DNA from: Leptonemataceae bacterium
GTDB taxonomy: Bacteria > Spirochaetota > Leptospiria > Leptospirales > Leptonemataceae
NCBI GenBank assembly: GCA_965227295.1
Contig: OZ245742.1
Span: 1,120,001 to 1,184,000, forward strand
DNA length: 64,000 nt
Direction of reading: 5' to 3'
The position numbers and the translations under genes were made by a program. Positions 48,779 to 57,645 of this stretch are shown here, one piece after another. Under the pieces are notes generated by a model, which did no database searches, was not told where the DNA came from, and saw only the letters and a list, made by a program, of their open reading frames with translations. How positions within the stretch are numbered: the stretch's first letter is position 1; each line of letters starts with the position of its first letter.

Positions 48779-49891
48779 TCAATCGTAATAGGCGATGTAG
48801 TGCAGCGCCGCGGCGTAGAACTCCATCTCATCGAAGGTGTCCGGCCCGACACCGATGACGTCGGCGTGATCCTGGTTCACGACGGCGGAGAGGGAAGTCA
48901 TTTGCGCGCTGGACGGATTGTTCACGTCGCTGACGTATCCGAGGGAGTGATACGTCGTGAGGGAATCAAAGCAAAGAAAGCATTCGTTGTACTTAAGGCG
49001 ATAGCCGTTCTGTTGGGAGTTTATGCCAACGAGGCCGTCATCGTCGAGGTCCGAAGCACTGCCGTCGCCTTTGCCGCCGGCCCCGTCGTTGTCGCAGTCT
49101 CCGCTGCAGTAGCCGTCCCCGTCGATATCGGTCAGGAGTTTCAGCAGGCCCAGGGCCGGATTCACGCCGGTACCGTTCTGGGCCGTTACCACGGAGACGT
49201 AACGTGCCACCGCGGAGGAACTGTTCGGATACGCCTGGTTAAACGAGCGCATGCCGGTGACGACTCCGTCCCGGGAATCGAAGTCGCCGTAGACTAACTG
49301 CTTTGCCGCGGCGTAACCGTCGTTGCCCGGGGCATAGACAATGTTGCCGAAGACCGTGGCGAGAAAGTTCACCACTTCCGTAACAGAACCGAGGCCGAGA
49401 ATCGCCTTCGCCATGGGCGAACCGCGATGCGGGGAAGAAACCGAGAAGAGAACCTTGACGACCTGGCTGCCCCGCCGGGCCCGCAGAACATGGGCGGCCT
49501 TGCGCGCATCGATGCCGCCCTGTGAATGACCGATGATGCTCACTTTCGAAGCCCCCACCGTGGCCAGGTAGGATTCAATTTCGTCCGCGAGCTGGACGCC
49601 GCGTACTTCCGAGGTCTGGAAGGGGCTCACCTGGGCCGCATAGGCTTCCTGCCCGGAGTGAATGTGATCGTTGCAGGAAGTTTCGAACCAACTGTCGCAG
49701 GGATCACCGACGAAGGTTCCGTAGTCATCGCCGAAATAATAAAAACCGAAGATGTCGTCCATTCCGCCGAGACCGTGGGCGAAAACGACCGGATGCGAAG
49801 TGCGAGATGCATCAGCCAGCACCGGGCCGCTTCCTCCGAGGAGGAAGGCGAGCCCGAGCGCCGCTGCCGCTATTTTTTGTGTGATTCGCAT
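48779..49891 (-). CDS. Secreted triacylglycerol lipase (family I-like)
   Basis: Signal peptide, AHGLGG oxyanion, GHSQGG nucleophile, SPHRGS, DDGLV and DHADVIG. Confidence 0.88.
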   Translation of the reverse strand: MRITQKIAAAALGLAFLLGGSGPVLADASRTSHPVVFAHGLGGMDDIFGFYYFGDDYGTFVGDPCDSWFETSCNDHIHSGQEAYAAQVSPFQTSEVRGVQLADEIESYLATVGASKVSIIGHSQGGIDARKAAHVLRARRGSQVVKVLFSVSSPHRGSPMAKAILGLGSVTEVVNFLATVFGNIVYAPGNDGYAAAKQLVYGDFDSRDGVVTGMRSFNQAYPNSSSAVARYVSVVTAQNGTGVNPALGLLKLLTDIDGDGYCSGDCDNDGAGGKGDGSASDLDDDGLVGINSQQNGYRLKYNECFLCFDSLTTYHSLGYVSDVNNPSSAQMTSLSAVVNQDHADVIGVGPDTFDEMEFYAAALHYIAYYD

Positions 49892-50167
49892 GAACGTGCT
49901 CTTATCCTGTTTTGACGGTAGGATAATTGCGTGTGATGTGTACCGTATTGCAGTACGCGTACCGGCTTCTGCCATTCGTTGAATTTTTTTTGAGGAACAG
50001 ACGGTTCTGCGTGTATTCGCGCCTCGACCAGGCCTATTACTGAGGGAAGCATGCCGATGAGTACTGAAGCCAAAGCGCCGCGGCCCGATTCAGGCTCATT
50101 GCGAACCGATTCTGTGCATAATGTCGAAAGTACTGCCTGGCTTAACCTTAAGCCTCGCACCAAATCA

Positions 50168-50956
50168 GTGCATGTATCCTTGCGGCAGGCGGCGAATCAC
50201 ACTTTCATCACTTTGCTTTTCAGCGTTTTTTCGATTCTGCCGGCCGGAATCGCGCTGGCCGTTGCCGGCTGTAATGACTCTCCTCCTACGATGGCCCAAT
50301 CCACGGACGCAGATTTCAGCACGGATCGTCTCCAGATGGTCGAATCGCAGATTGTGTCCCGGGGCGTACGGGATCCAGCAGTCCTCCAGGCCATGCGCAC
50401 GGTTCCGCGCCACCGCTTCGTGCCGGAGCGCGACCGTAATAGTTCCTACAGGGACGGCCCGCTCCCGATCGGTCATGGACAGACCATCTCCCAGCCCTAC
50501 ATCGTCGCCATTATGACCGAACTCCTGGGCCTCGCCGACCGTCCGAACGCCCGGGTGCTTGAGGTCGGCACGGGCTGCGGCTATCAGGCGGCCGTCCTGG
50601 GTGAAATTGCCGCGGAAGTGCATACGATCGAGATTGTGCGGCCGCTGTGCGAACGCGCGCGCAAGATACTCACGGAACTCGGCTATAAAAACGTCCACAT
50701 CCGCTGCGGCGACGGCTACGCGGGTTGGCCCGAGGCTGCGCCCTTCGACGGCATCCTCGTGGCCGCGGCGCCGGCAGAGGTTCCGGAGCCGTTGCTGCGG
50801 CAACTCAAGATCGGCGCACGGCTGGTCATTCCCGTGGGCACGGACTCACAACGACTGCTGGTGATCACCCGCACGGAGGACGGATTTGAGCGGCGCGCAG
50901 TCTTCGGCGTGCGCTTCGTCCCCATGACGGGTCAAGCCCGCGACGAGGCGAATTGA
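50168..50956 (+). CDS. pcm: Protein-L-isoaspartate O-methyltransferase
   Basis: VPRHRFV, GQTISQPYIVA, VLEVGTGCGYQAA, GDGYAGWPEAAPFD and FVPM. Start uncertain; possible lipoprotein signal (AVAGC). Confidence 0.92.
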   Translation: MHVSLRQAANHTFITLLFSVFSILPAGIALAVAGCNDSPPTMAQSTDADFSTDRLQMVESQIVSRGVRDPAVLQAMRTVPRHRFVPERDRNSSYRDGPLPIGHGQTISQPYIVAIMTELLGLADRPNARVLEVGTGCGYQAAVLGEIAAEVHTIEIVRPLCERARKILTELGYKNVHIRCGDGYAGWPEAAPFDGILVAAAPAEVPEPLLRQLKIGARLVIPVGTDSQRLLVITRTEDGFERRAVFGVRFVPMTGQARDEAN

Positions 50957-50998
50957 AAAACAATCGACCGCACGCAACAGGCACCGCCCACTCTGTCC

Positions 50999-51343
50999 AT
51001 GGCGGAAGATACAATTTTCGGTAAGATTCTTCGCAAAGAAATCCCTGCGGATATAGTCTACGAGGACGAGTTGTGCCTGGCCTTCAAAGACATCAACGCT
51101 CAGGCACCCGTGCATGTTCTGTTGATTCCCAGAAAGCCCATCCCGCAGCTTTCGAAGGCCTCCGACGAAGATCGCGAGCTTCTGGGTCACCTCATGCGGA
51201 CGGCGCCCCTCGTGGCCGAGCAGATGGGCGTGGGCGGCAAGTACCGCCTGGTCGTAAACGACGGCAGACGAGCCGGGCAATCGGTCTTTCATCTGCACCT
51301 GCATATCCTGGGTGGACGAGCGCTGGGCTGGCCCCCAGGCTGA
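50999..51343 (+). CDS. Histidine triad nucleotide-binding (HIT/Hint) protein
   Basis: TIFGKILRKEIP, AGQSVFHLHLHILGG and WPPG. Confidence 0.95.
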   Translation: MAEDTIFGKILRKEIPADIVYEDELCLAFKDINAQAPVHVLLIPRKPIPQLSKASDEDRELLGHLMRTAPLVAEQMGVGGKYRLVVNDGRRAGQSVFHLHLHILGGRALGWPPG

Positions 51344-51396
51344 GCCTTTGATTTTTTGCTTGCACTTCACAAAAGAGATGCATTCATTTGTAAAGT

Positions 51397-52485
51397 ATGC
51401 AGTCGATTGCCTCCGATCAGCCGTTGCGCGGCCGCAGTGCCACGCTGAATCCCGCGGGACGCTTCGAAGTGCTGGGCGCCGATCTCTTCGACGACGGTTG
51501 GGGCTCGGTCCCGGAATGGTTCTCGGAATCCGCGAGCCCGGCCACGGAGGTCTTTCCGGAAGAGGTCCGCAGCATCATCAGCCGGAACGACTCGCCGGAT
51601 ATCCCGTTTGAGCAAAGCATCAATCCTTACCGCGGCTGCGAACACGGCTGCATCTACTGCTACGCCAGGCCGTCGCATTCCTACGTGGGCCTTTCGCCAG
51701 GTCTGGACTTCGAAACGAAAATCTTCGCGAAACACGGCGGACCGGAAGCCCTCGAGAAAACACTGCGGCGACCCTCCTATCGGCCACACCCCATCGCCCT
51801 GGGCGCAAACACGGATCCGTACCAACCTCTGGAACGTCGACTGCGAATCACGCGCCGCATTGTGGAACTGCTCTGGAAACACCGGCACCCCTTCTCCATC
51901 GTTACAAAGTCAGCCCTCGTGCTGCGCGACCTGGATCTTTTGCGGAAATGCGCGGCGCACAGCCTGGTCGGGGTCTACGTTTCCGTAACCTCCCTTGACG
52001 CAAAGCTGGCGCAACTCATGGAACCCCGCGCGGCAGCCCCGAAACATCGCCTGCGGACCATCCGAGAGCTAAGCGCTGCCGGCGTGCCCGTGGGTGTCAT
52101 GACAGCCCCGATCATTCCCGGATTAAACGATTCCGAAATCGAAGCCGTGCTCGGTGCCGCACGCGAAGCCGGAGCAACGTCGGCGGGTTATGTTCTGTTG
52201 CGATTGCCCTACGAGGTCAAAGATCTGTTTCGGGACTGGCTCAAACAGCACTTCCCGGAAAAGCACGATCGCATTATGCATCTGGTGCAGGAAACTCGCG
52301 GCGGCCGGGAGTACGACGCGCGCTTCGGTCAGCGCCATCGAGGGACGGGCCACTACGCCGATCTCATCGGCAAGCGCTTTGCGAATGCCGTCCGCCGCAA
52401 TGGACTCAACCGGAACCGCTACGAGCCGGACGACACTCTCTTTCTGCATCGCCCGGAACAGGGGCGGCAATTAAACCTACTGTGA
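51397..52485 (+). CDS. PA0069 family (spore photoproduct lyase-like) radical SAM protein
   Basis: SINPYRGCEHGCIYCYARP, GLDFETKI, TDPYQP and APIIPGLND. Confidence 0.9.
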   Translation: MQSIASDQPLRGRSATLNPAGRFEVLGADLFDDGWGSVPEWFSESASPATEVFPEEVRSIISRNDSPDIPFEQSINPYRGCEHGCIYCYARPSHSYVGLSPGLDFETKIFAKHGGPEALEKTLRRPSYRPHPIALGANTDPYQPLERRLRITRRIVELLWKHRHPFSIVTKSALVLRDLDLLRKCAAHSLVGVYVSVTSLDAKLAQLMEPRAAAPKHRLRTIRELSAAGVPVGVMTAPIIPGLNDSEIEAVLGAAREAGATSAGYVLLRLPYEVKDLFRDWLKQHFPEKHDRIMHLVQETRGGREYDARFGQRHRGTGHYADLIGKRFANAVRRNGLNRNRYEPDDTLFLHRPEQGRQLNLL

Positions 52486-52914
52486 GCCGGTGGACTGCGG
52501 TGGAACAACCTTACACTTTCCGGTGCCCACGCGTTTGCCGTGCTGGTTCGTCCACTCTATCTTCATCTCCACGACCTTCATGCGGTCGATCTTACGAATG
52601 ACTTCCACCGTGCAGGTGATGGTATCGCCGGGGAAAGTGGGATTCTTGTAGCGCTGGGTTACTTCCAGGGCCACGGTTCCCAGGCCGGGAAGCTTCATAC
52701 CCAGCACCGGCGCCAGAAGCGAGCTGGCCAGCCCGCCGTGGGCGATGCGCGTTCCGAAGGGCGTGGTCTTCGCATACTCTTCGTCGACGTGCACCGGATT
52801 GAAGTCCCCGCTGATACCGGCGAACAAATAGATATCGGTTTCCGTGATGGTCTTCGCGAAGCTGGCCCGGTCTCCGACCTGGATTTCATCGTAGGTTTTT
52901 CCTTGCTGGTACAT
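52477..52914 (-). CDS. MaoC family dehydratase
   Basis: FAGISGDFNPVHVD, RIAHG and LPGLG. Confidence 0.9.
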   Translation of the reverse strand: MYQQGKTYDEIQVGDRASFAKTITETDIYLFAGISGDFNPVHVDEEYAKTTPFGTRIAHGGLASSLLAPVLGMKLPGLGTVALEVTQRYKNPTFPGDTITCTVEVIRKIDRMKVVEMKIEWTNQHGKRVGTGKCKVVPPQSTGSQ

Positions 52915-52970
52915 GAGGATCCTTTTTACCATAATGCTCTGCGCTGGCGAGCGTTTCAGGCCGTTGCATC

Positions 52971-53423
52971 ATGTACACCCATCTCACGTTTCTCAGACAC
53001 CTGGGCATGTTCGCCGCGTTGTTCTCGCTGCCGTTCTGGTTCATGGAACTCCGGCCGGCACTGTTCTGGTTCTACCATCACGCCTGGTTTTTCGCCGGCT
53101 GGATCATCGCGGCGCTGCTGATTGGTTGGTCGTCCGACCGTCTCGTGCGGACCGGACGCCTTGCTGTAATCTTCCATAGAAGCGACGCCGACATTGAGGC
53201 GTTGCCGTATTTTCACCGCCTCGTAGTTTTATGGGCAAGTTGCTCGCGCTGCGTAGCCTACTGGTGCGGCGGCGGCACGGCCGTAATCCTGACGCTGCTG
53301 TACTGGCCGGTTGAAATGTCCTGGTGGGCCGACCTGATGCGCGCTCTGTACTTCGGACTCAGCGGCGCCTCGCTGGCCGCGGCCGCGGCGATCCTTGTTC
53401 ATCTGGCCCGAAATAGAACTTGA
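52971..53423 (+). CDS. Hypothetical 4-TM membrane protein
   Basis: Four hydrophobic, Trp-rich segments; fills the gap between MaoC and the Prx-like gene. Confidence 0.65.
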   Translation: MYTHLTFLRHLGMFAALFSLPFWFMELRPALFWFYHHAWFFAGWIIAALLIGWSSDRLVRTGRLAVIFHRSDADIEALPYFHRLVVLWASCSRCVAYWCGGGTAVILTLLYWPVEMSWWADLMRALYFGLSGASLAAAAAILVHLARNRT

Positions 53424-53602
53424 GACCGCTCCTCCCGTGGGCCTATGTCGCATCGATACGGAAGAAGATCCCGGGCATTTTTGTAGCGGGTTGCGAAACT
53501 TTCGGTGGATGTTTGGTACAGGATCATTATCCTGCTGATAGCCCACCGGGAACTATCCCGGCCTTTTTCCGCATTTACAAAAAAACACGGCGGTAACACA
53601 TC

Positions 53603-54184
53603 ATGGATGTCGAAGACCTCCTACGTCAGAAGAAAGCTCAAAACGGCGAATGCCTCGCCGAACTCACGTACGAACTGCCTATTATTTTCGTTTTCTTACG
53701 CCATCTCGGCTGTACTTTTTGCCGTGAAACCCTGTACGATCTCGCCCGGCAGCGTCAGAATATTCAGCTGGAAGGCTCCGCCATTGTCCTGGTTCACATG
53801 AGTCCTCCCCGGGAAGCCGAAGAAATCTTTCGCAAGTACGGCCTCACCGATATTCTACACGTCAGCGACCCGGATCAGTCTTTGTATCGCGGTTTCCACC
53901 TGAACCGGGGTCCCTGGTTTCGCCTGTTCGGACTCAAAGTATGGGTGCGCGGCATCATCGCCGGCTGGTGGAACGGCCACGGCATGCCCCGCAAGATGGG
54001 CGACGTGGCGCAGATGCCGGGCGTGTTTTTGGTGCATCGCGGACAAATCGTCCTCGAGTACCGGCACAAGAGCCCCGCCGATCGACCGGACTACGTCAGC
54101 ATTGCTACGTACCCGTTTCAAATGGGGAACATTCCGGCACCCGAGGGCGTAGAACTTTATGCGAACCGCTCGCGTCCAAACTGA
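53603..54184 (+). CDS. Peroxiredoxin-like (AhpC/TSA_2, SelL-related) redox protein
   Basis: FLRHLGCTFCRE (CxxC), SDPDQSLY, QMPGVF and DRPD. Confidence 0.85.
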   Translation: MDVEDLLRQKKAQNGECLAELTYELPIIFVFLRHLGCTFCRETLYDLARQRQNIQLEGSAIVLVHMSPPREAEEIFRKYGLTDILHVSDPDQSLYRGFHLNRGPWFRLFGLKVWVRGIIAGWWNGHGMPRKMGDVAQMPGVFLVHRGQIVLEYRHKSPADRPDYVSIATYPFQMGNIPAPEGVELYANRSRPN

Positions 54185-54185
54185 C

Positions 54186-55097
54186 ATGGACGCCATACGC
54201 TACTCTCTAACATTCACTCTCTGCATCTTACTGCTTGCTTCGTGCGCACAGGAATCCTCCGCCCCGGCCCAGGAGGCGGCGGTTTTCGCCAGCGTCGAAG
54301 AAGAGGGCTATGTCCTGGACGATGCAGAAAGCGACGCCCCGGCATCAGATGCCTTGCCGGGCAAGGACCGGAGACGTGCGGACAAATCCAAAACCACTGC
54401 AACGAGCAGTGATCTCGGTGGCGTGAACCTGGCGCCCAACGAAGGCGCTGAAAAACGCCTGCTGGAGTACTCCATCTCACTGCAATACCGCACGGATGAG
54501 TTTTTCGAAGCGCGTCAGCGTCTGTTGAAACTCGCCGGCGATTACGGTTACATTGAATCCAGTTCCGCTTACGCGAGTCCCGAATCGCCGATCGGCATGA
54601 CGACTACTTTGCGGATCGAGGCCGAAGATCTCTACAAGGCCCTGGCCGATTTCGAAAAGCTCGGCGCGCTGGAACAGGAGAACATCAGTTCCACCGACCA
54701 CACCGAAAGCATGGCCCTCGCCCGATTGAAGTACGAACGAGAACTGATCCGCATTCGGCGGCGCGCCGCCGCGACCTACGGCACCGCCGCCGCGAACAAG
54801 AACCGCGCCGAACTGGAGCGCCTGCTCGCACAGAGTGAGGACCGCCAGGACGAGGCTGCTCACGAACAATGGAAAATCAACGATCGAGTGAGCTACGCCC
54901 GCGTGGAGATTCATCTACTGGGCCCGGACGTGCCGGCCCGGGTGGAGGTGCCGCCGTATTATAACGCGTTCATCGGCCTCGCGACGGGCTCGCTCTATCT
55001 GGTGTATGCATTGATCTGGATGCTGCCGCTCTTCGTTCTCGTGGGCGTCGGCTGGTGGGGTGTACGGCGCTATCAGAAGCATCGTGCGGAAACATGA
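54186..55097 (+). CDS. DUF4349 domain lipoprotein
   Basis: Lipobox LASC, GYIESS, TLRI, ENISSTDHT, a coiled coil, RVSYARV and a C-terminal TM. Confidence 0.75.
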   Translation: MDAIRYSLTFTLCILLLASCAQESSAPAQEAAVFASVEEEGYVLDDAESDAPASDALPGKDRRRADKSKTTATSSDLGGVNLAPNEGAEKRLLEYSISLQYRTDEFFEARQRLLKLAGDYGYIESSSAYASPESPIGMTTTLRIEAEDLYKALADFEKLGALEQENISSTDHTESMALARLKYERELIRIRRRAAATYGTAAANKNRAELERLLAQSEDRQDEAAHEQWKINDRVSYARVEIHLLGPDVPARVEVPPYYNAFIGLATGSLYLVYALIWMLPLFVLVGVGWWGVRRYQKHRAET

Positions 55098-55152
55098 GAT
55101 GAGTAAGGAGGGCTCGCCAACTTCACTTCAATTAAGGTTTGGCGCGCCCTCT

Positions 55153-55827
55153 TTACTCATTCCCGCCCGACGGGACCAGATCCACTTCTTTGTTGAGGAT
55201 TTGTTCGACACGATTGCGGATGTCTTCAAACTTCATGTAACCCCGGCATATCAGGATGTACTTGTCCTCTCCGTCCTCGGTTTCGCGGAGCACCAGCGTC
55301 GGGAATCCGCCGATGCCGAAGGACCGCGACATGTTGAAGTTGCTGCGTAAAATATCTTCGGTTTCGGGATCTTCATACTTCGCGCGAAACTCCGCGGGAT
55401 CGATGTCCATGGCCGCGGCGGCCTTTTCGAAGGTCTCGGGTTGCGTGGGATCTTCCGCCTGGGCATAAAAGAGCCGCTGTAGCCTGGACTGAAACTCAAG
55501 CGGTCGCGCCGGCGACATGCGACCGGCGGCCACCACGGCCCGGGACGCCGGCGTCGTATTGTAAACGAAGCCCGGATGTTTCTCGAAGAACGTATCGTCA
55601 AACGGCTGACCGGAGGCTCCCTGGACGGCCTCCCAGTGATGGGCGATTTCTTTCGCCGTGGCCTCCGGCATGGCGCGGGTTTCGTCCGGGCGCAATCCGC
55701 CCAGAACCATCTGCACCGGAATGCGATCCTCATAATTCTGCTGTAGACGAGTGATCTCCGGCGCGAAGCCGTAGCACCACGAACACATGGGATCGGTGAA
55801 ATAAAGAAATTCGTGGCTGGTACTCAT
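55153..55827 (-). CDS. DsbA family (thioredoxin-fold) protein
   Basis: YFTDPMCSWCYGFAP, GGL and GFPTL. Confidence 0.9.
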   Translation of the reverse strand: MSTSHEFLYFTDPMCSWCYGFAPEITRLQQNYEDRIPVQMVLGGLRPDETRAMPEATAKEIAHHWEAVQGASGQPFDDTFFEKHPGFVYNTTPASRAVVAAGRMSPARPLEFQSRLQRLFYAQAEDPTQPETFEKAAAAMDIDPAEFRAKYEDPETEDILRSNFNMSRSFGIGGFPTLVLRETEDGEDKYILICRGYMKFEDIRNRVEQILNKEVDLVPSGGNE

Positions 55828-55925
55828 AGTCTCTCCCTGCAAATCTACAGAAGCCTTTTTCGTAGTTGCTGTTTACTTTATGATAATCAATCCATGCGAT
55901 GATAACAAGAAGTTCCCGGGGTACC

Positions 55926-57632
55926 ATGCATAAGATCAACTACGAACACGAACAGTGCATTCAGGAAGACGACCTGCAACTTTCCTTGCTGGAGATCTCG
56001 CTAAAAAACGGCATCCCTCACATCCACGCCTGCGGCGGCAACGGCCGTTGTTCCACGTGCCGCGTGGCCGTCCTGGAAAACCTGGAGAACGTCCTCCCGC
56101 GAAACGAAACCGAGATTGAACTGGCCCAAAAAAAGAACCTACCCGATCATATACGACTCGCCTGCCAATCCCGCATCCGGGGTCCGGTGACTCTGCGGCG
56201 ACTGGTCATTGACGAGGAGGATTTGCGCGAGGCATCCACGCAGGCCACGGCGGGCCGGGAGCGGCGGCTCGCAATCCTGTTCAGTGATGTCCGTCAGTTC
56301 ACGAATTTTACCGAGAGCAATCTTCCCTACGACGTCGTGCATGCTATGAATCGCTACTTCCGTAGAATGGGAGACAGCGTGAAGAAAAACGGCGGCTACA
56401 TTGACAAGTACATCGGCGACGGACTGATGGCGCTCTTCGGTCTTGAGGAAGATGATCCACAGCTTATCGGATGCCAGGCCGTTCGTGCGGCACTCGATAT
56501 GCTCGACGGCCTGGAAGAAGTGAACGCGTATTTGCGCAAGCACCTGGAGTGTCGCTTTGATATCGGCATTGGCGTGCACTTCGGTGATGTGATTGCCGGC
56601 GAAATGGGTCATCCGGACAAGCGGCAATTCACGGCGCTTGGTGACAACGTGAACATGGCGAGTCGCATTGAATCGGTGACGAAGAAGGCGCGGGTGCCGC
56701 TTTTGATTTCTGAGGATTTGCACGCCATTGTTAAGGACAAAGTCGTCGTCGATAAAAAGTTTCGCACGGCCCTGAAGGGCAAGAGCGGAAGCTATCGTCT
56801 CTTTCATGTGAGCGGCCTCGTTGAGGCGGCGCCGGGGAGCGCCGAGAATTCCGCCGATGTTCCAAAAGCTGCGGAAGCCCCGGAAGTTTCTACGAACGCT
56901 GCCGCACCGGCGCAGCGGAAACGCTTCGAACTGCCGCTCCTCGAATCACACTCGGTCGCCGAGAACACGATGGCCTTCTTGATTGATACGTCCGGTGTGG
57001 ACTTTGCGTTTCGGGTCGGCCAGTTCGTCAACGTTCGTCTTCCCGGCCATGACGGAGTACGCTCGTTTTCCCTGGCGTCTTCGCCGCACATCAGCGATTT
57101 CGTTATGATCGCCACGCGCATGCGGGGCTCGGAGTACAAGCGCGCCCTGGCCGCACTGGAACCGGGCACAAAGCTCATTGTCGAGGAGGCCCGCGGGAAC
57201 TTTGCGCCGCAACCGCAGGATGACACAACGCCCGCGGTTTACATCGTCGGCGGCATCGGCATTACACCGGTACGTGCCATGCTGGAATTGGCCGTGCATC
57301 GGGAAAGCAGCCGGCCCATGACGATTTTTTATTCGAACCGCGAAGAGACGGAGGCTGCTTTTTTTGAAGAGATTCAGGCGTGGTGCGAACACCTGCCGGG
57401 CTGCCGCCTCGTGCCCGTGTTCACCCGCGAAAAAACCGAGGGCTCGGACGCCGAATTCGGCCGCTTCGATACTGCGATGCTACAGCGCCACGTTCCGGAC
57501 CCCGCGGCACCGCAGTACTATGTGGTAGGACCGGAGGGCATGGCCTCGCAGGTACGGGATATTCTGGGACAGGCCGGTGTGCCGGAAGATCATATTCACC
57601 TGGAAACGTTTTACGGCTACGATTCCGGCTAA
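55926..57632 (+). CDS. Three-domain fusion: [2Fe-2S] ferredoxin - class III adenylate cyclase - ferredoxin reductase (FAD/NAD(P)-binding)
   Basis: HACGGNGRCSTC…RLACQ; FSDVRQFT, DKYIGDG, GDNVNMASRIE, LKGK; GQFV, RSFSLASSP, GGIGITP, YSNR, VGP and ETF. Confidence 0.9.
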   Translation: MHKINYEHEQCIQEDDLQLSLLEISLKNGIPHIHACGGNGRCSTCRVAVLENLENVLPRNETEIELAQKKNLPDHIRLACQSRIRGPVTLRRLVIDEEDLREASTQATAGRERRLAILFSDVRQFTNFTESNLPYDVVHAMNRYFRRMGDSVKKNGGYIDKYIGDGLMALFGLEEDDPQLIGCQAVRAALDMLDGLEEVNAYLRKHLECRFDIGIGVHFGDVIAGEMGHPDKRQFTALGDNVNMASRIESVTKKARVPLLISEDLHAIVKDKVVVDKKFRTALKGKSGSYRLFHVSGLVEAAPGSAENSADVPKAAEAPEVSTNAAAPAQRKRFELPLLESHSVAENTMAFLIDTSGVDFAFRVGQFVNVRLPGHDGVRSFSLASSPHISDFVMIATRMRGSEYKRALAALEPGTKLIVEEARGNFAPQPQDDTTPAVYIVGGIGITPVRAMLELAVHRESSRPMTIFYSNREETEAAFFEEIQAWCEHLPGCRLVPVFTREKTEGSDAEFGRFDTAMLQRHVPDPAAPQYYVVGPEGMASQVRDILGQAGVPEDHIHLETFYGYDSG

Positions 57633-57645
57633 CTTTCACGCGCTA

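Noticed and set aside
53481-53570. Resemblance to the ZTP (pfl) riboswitch (GGTGG…CCACCGGGA)
   Set aside because: The downstream CGCCTGGGCA pseudoknot element is absent and the downstream gene is not purine or folate related.
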